64,000 nt of DNA, from contig JAUFOR010000008.1 of assembly GCA_040285745.1 (NCBI GenBank), positions 372,001 through 436,000 of the forward strand, read 5' to 3'. Under the pieces are notes generated by a model that was not told the DNA's origin, did not search any database, and saw only the letters and a list, made by a program, of their open reading frames with translations. Origin of the DNA: Barthelona sp. PCE (Eukaryota). The translations under genes were made by a program, and so were the position numbers. Shown piece by piece: positions 51,457 to 61,490 of this stretch (the first letter of the stretch is position 1; the number at the start of each line of letters is the position of its first letter).

Positions 51457-52104
51457 ATGTATAAAATATTTAAAGTTGTTGAAAATTATTTGAGACTTTT
51501 TCCTGCTGGAAATGAGGAGAAGATGTATCTATATCGGAAAAAAATGTATTTTCGATTTTTTATACTTCATGTTACATTTGTTGTTTTTAGTTTGTTGAGT
51601 TCCATCACGTTGGGCATCGAGAACACAAGTTTCACAAGTCTAATTAGTGTTATAGTATGCTGCACTATTTCAACTTTTTTTTTCTTATTTGTATTACCTC
51701 TTGCATTTTATTTCCCTCCTTCTGATGTCAAATATGCACGAAAAGCAATGAAGAGGCGGCATATAAACATGGTTCATCTCACAGTGTGTTCAATTCTTTT
51801 AAGTTGTGTTGTACGCAATTTTATTAATTTTTATGACAGTTGGTATGCTTTAGAAGATGTTTTACCATCATCAGTGAAGATTATAGTTACAGTTATTAGT
51901 GTGATTGATATAGCATTTAGTATACACTTTGTTAAAGACATATATTACTTACTTTCATCGGTTTTATTTATAGTGAGTAATGTTTATGATACATTCAGTT
52001 TAAATCAAACAAAAAGTAATTTTGAAACTGTTTTATTTGAAGTTGAAGAAGAAGAAATAGACACACCTGATCGTTATGGAACTTTACATTCACCAAGTAT
52101 TTAA
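51457..52104 (+). CDS. Hypothetical multi-pass membrane protein
   Basis: Several hydrophobic segments; start uncertain. Confidence 0.65.
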   Translation: MYKIFKVVENYLRLFPAGNEEKMYLYRKKMYFRFFILHVTFVVFSLLSSITLGIENTSFTSLISVIVCCTISTFFFLFVLPLAFYFPPSDVKYARKAMKRRHINMVHLTVCSILLSCVVRNFINFYDSWYALEDVLPSSVKIIVTVISVIDIAFSIHFVKDIYYLLSSVLFIVSNVYDTFSLNQTKSNFETVLFEVEEEEIDTPDRYGTLHSPSI

Positions 52105-52119
52105 TAATTCAAATTTCTT

Positions 52120-52827
52120 CTATAAACGAACTTCCATCTTTTCTGTAACAACTGTTGTAACTTTGTTAGGAACACGTTGTAAAAGGTTACAAAAATCTTC
52201 ATAGCATACTTTACCAACATTTTGTGTATCAGCTAGTTCAATTGTCTTATCAACCATCTGCTGAAGCTCAATATCTCCTAAATTGTTGCCAACCATCATC
52301 TTTAGAACCTGGAAAAGTTCTCCGTTTGAAATATACCCATCATTGTCGACATCATATACAGAAAAACAGAAACGTAACTTATCTTCTGGATCAGCTCTTG
52401 GTGAGAAGATTGAGAACACTCTAACGAACTCTTCAAAGTCAACTGATTCATCATGGTTCTTATCTAATAGACTCAATAACCTTTGTCTTAATGGATTCAT
52501 AGAGAAATCTAAATATTAGCATGTAAACATGGTGACCATTGTATCATCACATATTTGGGCCCTTTTTATCATTTAACTGTGTAAATACTTCAAAAAATTA
52601 TGAATGAAAAACAACCAATGAAAAAAATAACTACAATGTGATGTATATGCCCAAAAAATCATACTTGGGATCTGGAGGAACTCATCACCGGTCAGCCCAC
52701 CGCTGGCGTCCTTATCAAGAACAGAGAAACTGTTCCAAAGCTTTTCAATTTCTTCAGCACTGAGTTCAGATTCAGCTTGCAGCTGAGAGATTTCGTCGTT
52801 CGTTAATACACTTGCTTCGGCGCCCAT
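52120..52827 (-). CDS. CNB1: Calcineurin regulatory subunit B, 2 exons (52827-52665, 52508-52120)
   Basis: MG myristoylation start, four EF-hands, GYISNGELFQVLKMMVGNNL. The spliced junction reads QIPNFSMNPL. Confidence 0.95.
52509..52664 (-). other. Spliceosomal intron in calcineurin B (156 nt)
   Basis: GTATGA...GCTAATATTTAG; phase 1. Confidence 0.9.
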
Positions 52828-53266
52828 TTATAAAAATGATGAAGATAGAGGGAATATAAAAGGAAAACAACACATGATATTAGAGTGCAGCTCCAATTCA
52901 GCTTGCAACAGCTTATCTATATATTGTCCCATGTGCAACTACTCATTTCGATCTTTGAGCTGTTTTCGTTGATTTTTCTTTTTGACAATATTTCAATTGA
53001 AGATGTGATTGTCCATTTTGAACATTTGAACTGCATATTTGTTGTCACTAAACCTTTTAAAGAGCCTTGTTAAAGAATCAAGCCGGCGTAGTCTATTGCT
53101 TTATCATATACCACTTTTATGGCCTTCAACTACACGTAAAGGCAGTAACTGTAATTTTATCCAACTTAACCTTATTAAAAAGGGAACGTCAAGATATACA
53201 ATGAAGTTGTGGTGTATCCGATTACTGTGCCCTTTTCAAACACTTTATTTAACGTAGCAAAGGTAC

Positions 53267-56200
53267 ATGCAAGCTGCTGTTCCGCAATTGGAGTACAATC
53301 CTTTGAAAACAGTTATTGATGAAGTGCACCCTTCATCCAACGTAACTGCTGCGTGTTCCGGGGTTTTCTTTGACTCAGTAGACAGCTCACACGTCCTTCT
53401 AGCAATGGGAGATATTCTTGTCCTCTATGAGGTGCGTTCCACCTCACCTCAATTTACTCTTATGCATGAGTTTCGATTAAACGAACCCTGTTACTATCTT
53501 TCCACACTTCGCCTCCCATCTTCCGAGGTAGACTGTTTTGTTGTGGGTTATGATAATATGCGTATGGTTTTACTTTGTATTGATAAGTCTTTTAACCTCC
53601 ACACAATTTCTACACATGATTTTCGATTCCACACCCTAACAGGCGTCCCCCACAACCCAGACGCTCTTGATCGTACCATATATTATGCAGATAGTCTCAA
53701 TGAGTCACGTTGTTTCGGTTGTGTACGTGGTAGGTCAGAAATTTCTGTTGTTCCTTTAACAACAATGCCCATGTTTGCAGACATTGAAGTAGGTAACGGA
53801 AAGAGTTACGGTAAACATGGTGTCCGTGAAGAACTAGAGTCATTTTCTGTCGATTTAGAGCAATATGGTGTTCATAATATAAGAGATATACTTATTCTTG
53901 ATTCATTTCATGATGTGACATTCGCTGTTCTCTTTGAGGTAGATCCTTCTTGGGAAGGTCGTGCTTCAGTTCGTAAAGACACTTGTAGTGTTTTGATTTT
54001 TTCTGTTGACATTGTTCGAAAATCAGCAATGATCTTTGATGGTACTGGTGTTGATAATATTAAATTACCTTCCAGTGCCCAAGATTTAGTATTTTTACCC
54101 GGTCGTCCTTGTTGTCTTGTTCGCACAGCTGAGTCAGTTGTTGCAGTTGAAGCCATGGGTAGCAAGAGTTATGTTCCCGAGTTTAAAGTGTATGAGTATA
54201 AGTTGCCACGTGATAATGATGCGTTGCATCCAATTCCATTTGGTTATGAGGAGCTTCATCCCATTTCTACACTGGCCAATGGTGTTTTACATTCAATGTC
54301 CGGTAACCATGTGCTTCTCATCACTCCAAGTGGTGTTAGTACTTTAACGTATTCACTTTCTCAGACTATTGCTTTGGAGAATATTTTACAATTTGAGGAT
54401 GCTGATGATGTTAAGAATCTTTATAATATTGTTGTACCAGTTGAGAAATACCCCAACATGTTCTTTATGTGGTCACCATGCGGTATCGGTAAACTGTACA
54501 GCCTTGCCTTAGATACAACTGAGATGATTACTGAAGATGTGACAGTCAATGAAACAGATGGAATGGTTGCCGTTGATGATTTGGAGATTGGTAACGAGAT
54601 TTTCGGCGAGGGTTGGGATAGTACACGAGTTTCTTCATTAAATATGGAGACTAGTGTTCTAAGTTCAAACCCTGATAAAGTTATTATTCGATGTGTTTCA
54701 ACACTTAATAGCATTGGTATGTCATTTAAGTTTGATGTCATGCCTAATCTTGAGTTTAGAAATGATTCTATCAAATCTATGCTCACTATTTCTTCAGCTA
54801 ACTCAGAAAATATGGTTTTTGGTAATATTCGTGGAAAAGTTGCCATTTCGCATCATACCTTAAAACTTCAAAAGCTAAACGAACTGAGATACCCTCGTTG
54901 TACATCATGCTTTGTTTCTAAGAATAATTTTGCAGTTTTTAGTCAGTTAAATTCTCGGTATTTCTATATCGTTCAACAATTCGAAGAATTCAGCCGTGCA
55001 CACTCAGATATCATGCCGGTTGAACCTACAATTGGTCTTGAAGATTTTGACCATGAAGGTGAGACACTGACGTGTATTGTCACCACTCGTCAAATTATTG
55101 TTGTCAGTTTTGCTGCAAACACACCTGAACGTGTTATGGAGTTTGATTTTAACGATGAAATCTCAAGTGTTGATATGTCAGTCAATGATTGTGGTTGTGT
55201 ACTTGTGAAAAAGAGAGGTTTCAATGATTTCACATTGTTACGGTTATCCCTTGATGGCTGTGAAGTTTTACACGAGCTTCATGCTGATCAGGCATGTCTT
55301 TGTCACGATAGTAATAATGTTGGTGAACCTTTGCTTTTTACACTCAGTGGAGGTGTTTTTAATGTTATTGCATCGGACAGTATGATTTGCACAGGCTTCT
55401 CAAGCTCTGCAGGTCTCTCATGTATTGATTTCGTTGACTCCTCAGAGGAGCTGCCAGATCAGGAAGAGAAAATTGTTGTCAGTGCAATGACTTGCAGCAC
55501 TCAGGGATCAGTCGTGTACATATGTATTGGCTTCACGCAGGTTTGCGAGGACAAAACTACTGTTCTTGTATATCGTTTCCATCCCAAACTGAAGAAAATG
55601 TTGAGAGTCGAGTTACCATGTCTTTCTCGATACTTCACAACTTCAGATGTAACTGCTGTTCGTGTGATTAACTCATCAACAGGAGACGCATACTTCAACA
55701 TTGGAATCGGTAATCTACGTTATCTGATTAGTTTGGATACTCATTACATTACTGCTGCAAGGTTAGGTGTTGAACCACGTGTTTCAGGTGCTGTCTCCAG
55801 TCGTGGAGAGCTCCTGAGACCTTGCTCTTTAGCTTTCTTCTCTAATTTGGACGTTGAAAGAGGTATTGTTACAATTACAAGCGCAGGATTAGCTTTCTGG
55901 CAAATCCCTGACAGTGTTTCTCTTAACACTCTTCCCTGTGCAGCCCCACCTCATCAAGCTTTGATTGTTGACGGTCACCCTATTGATGTATCGTATTGGC
56001 CTGACTGTAAGTGTTTTGCACTGGCTATTCGTAAGCGAATTAAGAGCGGACAGAGAACAGTTGTTCGCGCACCAGACGAACATCTACTCACTCGTATGAC
56101 ACATCTACCTATGACGCCGACGAACATGAACGTTCCAACTCCAGATATTAACGATTGGTACGACTACGTACATTTGATTGATGCCTTCAATTTCACATTG

Positions 56201-57301
56201 CAAGATTCATTTTCAATGATGGAGGATGCTGAAAAGGTGAGTAGGGCAGATGATCCATCAGGTTTCTGTGTATTACCAGAGTTGATTACAAGTCTGAAGG
56301 TTATTAATATGAGAATTACAATTGGTGAGAAGCGCCGATCAATATCAACCAGGAATTTTGATTTACCTTTTCAGACCAAGCAGTGTCTGGTAGTTGGTAC
56401 AACTTATTCACCTGGTGAAGACAGTCAATGTCGTGGTCGAGCATTTATTTTCCAAGTTCGTTCACCTTCTGAAATGGAAGCTGTTGATGGTTGTTTCATT
56501 AAATTATCTAAACCTAGAGTTAATCTTGAGCGTTATGGTCCAGTTAGAATTGTTAGTGAGTGTGATAGTTATCTGTTATATGCTACATCCACACATATCA
56601 CATCTTACTCATTGATGTCTGAGCTTGACAACATTAAACCAGCTGGGTATGAGTTCAATCGTAATTTCATCAGTGATATTGCTGTAGCAGATCGTTTGGT
56701 TGCAGTTGGTGATCTTCGTGCAGGAGTATCTGTCAGGGCATATAACAAGAAGCGTAGAAACTTTTGGAGGCTTGGTACAGTTGAAATGGGTGAAATATGT
56801 GGTGGTGTATCTACTGTCGCATTTCAGATTGGTTTTAATGGTGAAATAGTACTTGTTGTGACAGACCACATTGGAAACATTCACTATTTAACCACTGACT
56901 GGAGCAAACAAGGTAGCATAGTTAAGTGGGCGAAGCCTTACAACTTACATTCTGGTCATCGTTTCCTTCACACAGTTCAAGTACCACTTGCCCTATCCCA
57001 GCGTGCATCGGAGTTCATTTATCCCGTTTTAATGGCCACTTCATCAGGATCAATCATCTCAAGCAGATTTTTAACTGAAGAGCAAATGAGTGCAATGAAC
57101 AGTTGTCCAGAGACGGTTGTCGCTGGTCTGAGCAGTGCTTTTGAGAATGCACACACTATTGTTGGAACGAATACAGTTGAGGAGAGTCCGTTCCATTTGC
57201 GTCAGTTAACATCAGCTATTAATGAAAGACCTGTGGCACATCTACCTGGTCCAATTGTTGACATTTACAATGAGTTAACAGTAGTAAACGAGTTCTTTTA
57301 A
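53267..57301 (+). CDS. CPSF1: Cleavage and polyadenylation specificity factor 160 kDa subunit
   Basis: HP.S.V, L.TISTHDF, NIRD...L..F...T..VLFE...SW.GR...RKDT, VGT....GED..CRGR; 1344 aa. Confidence 0.85.
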   Translation: MQAAVPQLEYNPLKTVIDEVHPSSNVTAACSGVFFDSVDSSHVLLAMGDILVLYEVRSTSPQFTLMHEFRLNEPCYYLSTLRLPSSEVDCFVVGYDNMRMVLLCIDKSFNLHTISTHDFRFHTLTGVPHNPDALDRTIYYADSLNESRCFGCVRGRSEISVVPLTTMPMFADIEVGNGKSYGKHGVREELESFSVDLEQYGVHNIRDILILDSFHDVTFAVLFEVDPSWEGRASVRKDTCSVLIFSVDIVRKSAMIFDGTGVDNIKLPSSAQDLVFLPGRPCCLVRTAESVVAVEAMGSKSYVPEFKVYEYKLPRDNDALHPIPFGYEELHPISTLANGVLHSMSGNHVLLITPSGVSTLTYSLSQTIALENILQFEDADDVKNLYNIVVPVEKYPNMFFMWSPCGIGKLYSLALDTTEMITEDVTVNETDGMVAVDDLEIGNEIFGEGWDSTRVSSLNMETSVLSSNPDKVIIRCVSTLNSIGMSFKFDVMPNLEFRNDSIKSMLTISSANSENMVFGNIRGKVAISHHTLKLQKLNELRYPRCTSCFVSKNNFAVFSQLNSRYFYIVQQFEEFSRAHSDIMPVEPTIGLEDFDHEGETLTCIVTTRQIIVVSFAANTPERVMEFDFNDEISSVDMSVNDCGCVLVKKRGFNDFTLLRLSLDGCEVLHELHADQACLCHDSNNVGEPLLFTLSGGVFNVIASDSMICTGFSSSAGLSCIDFVDSSEELPDQEEKIVVSAMTCSTQGSVVYICIGFTQVCEDKTTVLVYRFHPKLKKMLRVELPCLSRYFTTSDVTAVRVINSSTGDAYFNIGIGNLRYLISLDTHYITAARLGVEPRVSGAVSSRGELLRPCSLAFFSNLDVERGIVTITSAGLAFWQIPDSVSLNTLPCAAPPHQALIVDGHPIDVSYWPDCKCFALAIRKRIKSGQRTVVRAPDEHLLTRMTHLPMTPTNMNVPTPDINDWYDYVHLIDAFNFTLQDSFSMMEDAEKVSRADDPSGFCVLPELITSLKVINMRITIGEKRRSISTRNFDLPFQTKQCLVVGTTYSPGEDSQCRGRAFIFQVRSPSEMEAVDGCFIKLSKPRVNLERYGPVRIVSECDSYLLYATSTHITSYSLMSELDNIKPAGYEFNRNFISDIAVADRLVAVGDLRAGVSVRAYNKKRRNFWRLGTVEMGEICGGVSTVAFQIGFNGEIVLVVTDHIGNIHYLTTDWSKQGSIVKWAKPYNLHSGHRFLHTVQVPLALSQRASEFIYPVLMATSSGSIISSRFLTEEQMSAMNSCPETVVAGLSSAFENAHTIVGTNTVEESPFHLRQLTSAINERPVAHLPGPIVDIYNELTVVNEFF

Positions 57302-57333
57302 CAATTTTTTTCCACCTTTGATGAGGATTGAAT

Positions 57334-58326
57334 CTATTGAGCCTCTTCAAGGGCACGGTATACAATTTCATCAAGTGATTCATGCTCAGAAGAAATCCAT
57401 GCCTGAAGTTCATACTTAATTTGACTTTGTTTCATACTGTAAAGTACTTCTTGTATTTCATCACAATCACAGACATCCTCACGAGCCAATAAGTTATCCA
57501 CCAGTCTTATATCACGTTCGGTGAAGTGCCGCCAATTAAGTGTTGCAGGTGTATCAAGTTGGAGCCATTTAAGTGTTTGTATACTATAGTCGTGATAGTA
57601 TGTTCTAGAACTGGGATTGTATTTGTATGAGAGGAAAATTTGAACACCATCAGGGTCACAATCCATCAAGCCAAACGCAGGTATGCCTAATGTTCGTTGC
57701 AAATTACAACAAAAACTTCTTGTGCTTAGGTCAGGGTATCCACAAGCCGTGACAAGTAAGAAATCATTCTTAATTCTAGTTTTGTTCAAAGCATGAAAAG
57801 TTGCTTGGTTTTCAATAATGATCATTGCTTTTGCTTTGTTTATGACATTACGCATACCAGATGGATTTAAAGGAACAGAGCGCGGTTCCCCACTGTAACT
57901 ATCTCCGTCAATGTGGATTGGTCCAGCTACAAAACCCTTAGGCGCGTTAAAAATGTTCAGTTGTGAGCGACATGTTTGTAAGTAGTTGGAGACCATTTGG
58001 ATTGCTTTGTCACTGCATTTTTGAGTACCATACAGAGACACATGTGTGTAGTATAACTCACGCTTTGTCATGTATCTTTCTTCTTCAAGTAGGTTGTAAA
58101 CTATTGCGAGAGTGTGCACGAATACGATCCATTTTCGGTTCTCAGATGCGGTTTTACCTGGAGTTATGGTGCTTTTTCTAATATTATCGATATCTGGGAT
58201 CCATCTGTTATGTCTAAAAATTGGTTTTTGACTTATAATAGGTATACTCAGAATAACTGTCTCTTCCATATGTATGCAATCCGCTATCGATTCAAGAGTG
58301 AGTTTAAGATGAGTTGCAGGATCCAT
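57334..58326 (-). CDS. SPO11: Meiotic recombination protein Spo11 (TopoVIA family)
   Basis: TKRELYY (catalytic Tyr), R..LNI....KG.VAG, IIE...TF, T..GYPD..TR, DCDPDG, KYELQA. Confidence 0.93.
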   Translation of the reverse strand: MDPATHLKLTLESIADCIHMEETVILSIPIISQKPIFRHNRWIPDIDNIRKSTITPGKTASENRKWIVFVHTLAIVYNLLEEERYMTKRELYYTHVSLYGTQKCSDKAIQMVSNYLQTCRSQLNIFNAPKGFVAGPIHIDGDSYSGEPRSVPLNPSGMRNVINKAKAMIIIENQATFHALNKTRIKNDFLLVTACGYPDLSTRSFCCNLQRTLGIPAFGLMDCDPDGVQIFLSYKYNPSSRTYYHDYSIQTLKWLQLDTPATLNWRHFTERDIRLVDNLLAREDVCDCDEIQEVLYSMKQSQIKYELQAWISSEHESLDEIVYRALEEAQ

Positions 58327-58525
58327 AGTATGCAAATGTGTAAAATAGTGAAAGCAGGTTTTTACTGAAAGGTATTTGTTTGATAATTATCTTTAAACAG
58401 CTTTAAATTGTAGATTTGGGAGTATATAAGTGATCGTGTAATTGAATCGATCCTTAAACCATAGATTTCTTAATTACTCTGTTTTCTCAATTACATCCCA
58501 TTTTATATTGCACACAGGGTTAATT

Positions 58526-60511
58526 ATGCGGGTATTCATGATATTATTGGTACTTTTCGTGCTGTCAGGGTGTTTCGAATGGAACAATCATCGTCTACTG
58601 CACCATATCTCTGATCCCACTTTAAAAGAGAAGATTCACTTGTACGTATTCACATCAGCACCAAAACGCTGGGGAGATGAGGAAATAACAATGATTAATG
58701 ATGCTTTTCTGAACTTTCATGAGCGTTTGAGGTGCAAATCATCAGATATTGGTGTTAAGTCATTTGTAGAGGTGGATAAACGGGAGGAGAACATATTCCA
58801 TGATTGCCATATAAATGTGGAATCAGAATTTATATTTAAAAATGATATACATGATTGGGAAGAAGTGGGTGCTTACAGCAGTATTATAGATTATATTGAG
58901 GGGTCGGTGGAAAACTGTCTTACGTCAGTTCCAACTACATCTGTTGATATTTCCACATGTTTAGTTGATCCTTTTCCAGTAATTTCAGCTATTAATGAGA
59001 TACGAATTCCCTTAGATCAACCAACAGTGATAATATTGGATGTAGACAATAAGTATTCATCAAGATATTCATATAATATTAATGGCGTACCAATGTCGTA
59101 CTTTCCTTTTGATCACCACCCATTTGTTTTCATTGATATCGGTAGTTACCAACCTTTAATATATGATAGGAGACATAGAGGTGTGAGTGTTGCAGAATTA
59201 TTCGAGAAGAAAGACTACTTGTCGAAGTCAATTCAATTATTGTCAGATTCTGTTGATCTTTTAGGTACCCATCGTTTCCATTGCTTTGATGAAAGTAGAC
59301 GGGTCAACGTTGTCCCAATATATATAGAGCGTGGTGTTCATGTGAATATTGACTACGTAGCTGAACAAGTCTTACCTCTGGTTGCAGATGATGGCTTGTT
59401 ATACTTGGTTATTGTTGAACATGATATGAGTGTAGTTCGCGAGCTTCTAAGCCTGTCAAAGACTGTACATATGCATCCATATCCAGATTTTGGTGTTGTT
59501 GAGAGCACAATGTCTTTTTCTTATGATGAAGATGTTTTGTTGAAGAGCTTAAGTGACTTAAAGCAAAACCAGATGAAAGATGAATGGCTAATATACAACG
59601 AAGGAGGCTTGTTAGTTGGAAATCATATGGTTTCTCATGTTTCTCACTCCGATTTCTTCAATATACAGACAACCTCAATTACTCCAATATTTTTAGTTGA
59701 TGAGAAGCACTTCGAACACCCTGTTCTCTTTAAATCTCATATGCCTTTCGCTTCAAATGGAGAAGTGGGTGTTATTTTAAATTTTGATGCACCAAGATTT
59801 GCATTACCTTTTTCCAGTAATTTAAAGTATCATTTTTATCGTAATAATAACATCAGTGATTTCACCGTGAATGTTATCCAAGACATGATGGGTGGATCTT
59901 CACCGAATATTGATAAACAATCAAAAAGCTTTATGTTTGATATTAAACCTGGCTTTGTTGCACATTCTGCAAAGAGAAATCAATTAATAGGTGTATTTAC
60001 CAAACATGTTGCTGAAGTTAAAGACAATTTAGCCAAACTGTTGGAATTACTTCAATCAAAGGTTAGTGTTTTTGAAACAGATATGAAAGGGTTCAAGAAA
60101 TATTTGCATTTTGCTCATCATTCTGTAACAAAGATTATAGAGGAGGCGATTGATTTAGAAGGATTTTCTGCATTATTCGATTCATTTACACTTAATATTG
60201 ACAAACAAACACATGCTGAATATGATAAAAGTATTGAAGATCTAAGAAAACTTAATGAACAATTGCAAGTGAGCATAGACACAATTGGTGATTCGACAGA
60301 ATGTTGTATTGCTAAGGGTTCGTTAAATAGATCATACAGTGTTACTTCCACAGTTATTTTTATTCTCCTTATATGCATAATTCTATTTTGCCTTGCTGCT
60401 GAACTTGTGTTTAGACAGCATAAGCTGGCTGGTCGTCCTACATATAATATGTGGGCACCAAGTAAGACATATACCAGAATCGTACGATACACTGCTTCCA
60501 AATTCGTTTAG
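58526..60511 (+). CDS. Hypothetical type-I membrane protein (signal peptide, C-terminal TM)
   Basis: Hydrophobic N-terminus, ~600-aa ectodomain, TM segment and basic tail. Confidence 0.75.
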   Translation: MRVFMILLVLFVLSGCFEWNNHRLLHHISDPTLKEKIHLYVFTSAPKRWGDEEITMINDAFLNFHERLRCKSSDIGVKSFVEVDKREENIFHDCHINVESEFIFKNDIHDWEEVGAYSSIIDYIEGSVENCLTSVPTTSVDISTCLVDPFPVISAINEIRIPLDQPTVIILDVDNKYSSRYSYNINGVPMSYFPFDHHPFVFIDIGSYQPLIYDRRHRGVSVAELFEKKDYLSKSIQLLSDSVDLLGTHRFHCFDESRRVNVVPIYIERGVHVNIDYVAEQVLPLVADDGLLYLVIVEHDMSVVRELLSLSKTVHMHPYPDFGVVESTMSFSYDEDVLLKSLSDLKQNQMKDEWLIYNEGGLLVGNHMVSHVSHSDFFNIQTTSITPIFLVDEKHFEHPVLFKSHMPFASNGEVGVILNFDAPRFALPFSSNLKYHFYRNNNISDFTVNVIQDMMGGSSPNIDKQSKSFMFDIKPGFVAHSAKRNQLIGVFTKHVAEVKDNLAKLLELLQSKVSVFETDMKGFKKYLHFAHHSVTKIIEEAIDLEGFSALFDSFTLNIDKQTHAEYDKSIEDLRKLNEQLQVSIDTIGDSTECCIAKGSLNRSYSVTSTVIFILLICIILFCLAAELVFRQHKLAGRPTYNMWAPSKTYTRIVRYTASKFV

Positions 60512-61464
60512 TCATCAACGCAATAGATTGGGGCACCACGTGGAAGGCCGTTGTCAACCCATACAATACGATCATCATCGAAAAGATCTTCTCGCTTGAT
60601 AGCCTCAGCTATTTGCTCACTATCATGTCTTGCCGAAACATGTGATAAAAAAATTCGTTTTGCATTTAATGTCGGAATAATTTCTGCCAGTTTAGAAAAC
60701 TGAACATGTCCATAACGTTCAGCATTTCCTCCCAATGAGTCAGTCAAGAAAGTACATTCAGTAATTACATTTTCTGCCTCTTTGGCAACATCCAAATTGA
60801 AAATTTCAGTTGTTGTATCACCTGTGTAAAACCACCTTGTGTATTTTGTGACATCATTAATCTCCACTCCATCCATTTTTAATTCAGCTATTTCACGTGA
60901 TTCTAATCCTTTGAACTCATCTTTAAGTTTCCTACGCTCTTCATAGACAGCGAATGAGAAAGCTGGAATATTATTTGGATTTTCAACATGGAAAGCCTCA
61001 AAAACCTCGACGAATATCCCCTTCTTCATTCTAATAACATCACCTATCTCAATGGGAACGAATGTGTGGTGAGTTAGCTCCATACCATCCAAATCTTCAT
61101 AAAGAGCAAGGATAGCTTCCATTTTCTCAATAAAAATGGGATGGGCATAGATCTTAATGGGCCTCTTAGTCATTGTTGCTAAACCAACAACCGATGGGAT
61201 GGCTGAATAATGATCCAAGTGCGCATGTGAAATGAAAATATTGCTGACCTTGTTGTACTGCTTCATAAGCATTCCACAGTCGAACTGCAATCGGAGTTCT
61301 GGGATAATGTATGCAGATGCATGTCCTGAACATCCATAGCCCCTTAAACTAGTTCCTTTTCCAAATTTAAAACCCTGATTTTGCCTGCGTCGATTTTTTT
61401 CATGTGAATTTGATCTTTTGTAGTGGAATGGTCGAGAATTCTGATAGTTTTTAGTGGTTTGCAT
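60508..61464 (-). CDS. Short-form tRNase Z, TM-type
   Basis: FDCG, SHAHLDH, KLKDEFKGL..REI..LK..GVEI flexible arm, YTGDT, ITECTFL, GH, HVSARH. Confidence 0.9.
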   Translation of the reverse strand: MQTTKNYQNSRPFHYKRSNSHEKNRRRQNQGFKFGKGTSLRGYGCSGHASAYIIPELRLQFDCGMLMKQYNKVSNIFISHAHLDHYSAIPSVVGLATMTKRPIKIYAHPIFIEKMEAILALYEDLDGMELTHHTFVPIEIGDVIRMKKGIFVEVFEAFHVENPNNIPAFSFAVYEERRKLKDEFKGLESREIAELKMDGVEINDVTKYTRWFYTGDTTTEIFNLDVAKEAENVITECTFLTDSLGGNAERYGHVQFSKLAEIIPTLNAKRIFLSHVSARHDSEQIAEAIKREDLFDDDRIVWVDNGLPRGAPIYCVDD

Positions 61465-61490
61465 TGGTTGGTAATGGTGAAATAGTTATA

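Noticed and set aside
52544-52550. Perfect box C (GTGATGA, minus strand) in the CnB intron
   Set aside because: No box D occurs downstream within the intron.
52860-53257. Short ORFs and a stop-interrupted coding-like frame between CnB and CPSF1
   Set aside because: No recognisable homology, so neither a gene nor a pseudogene call can be supported.
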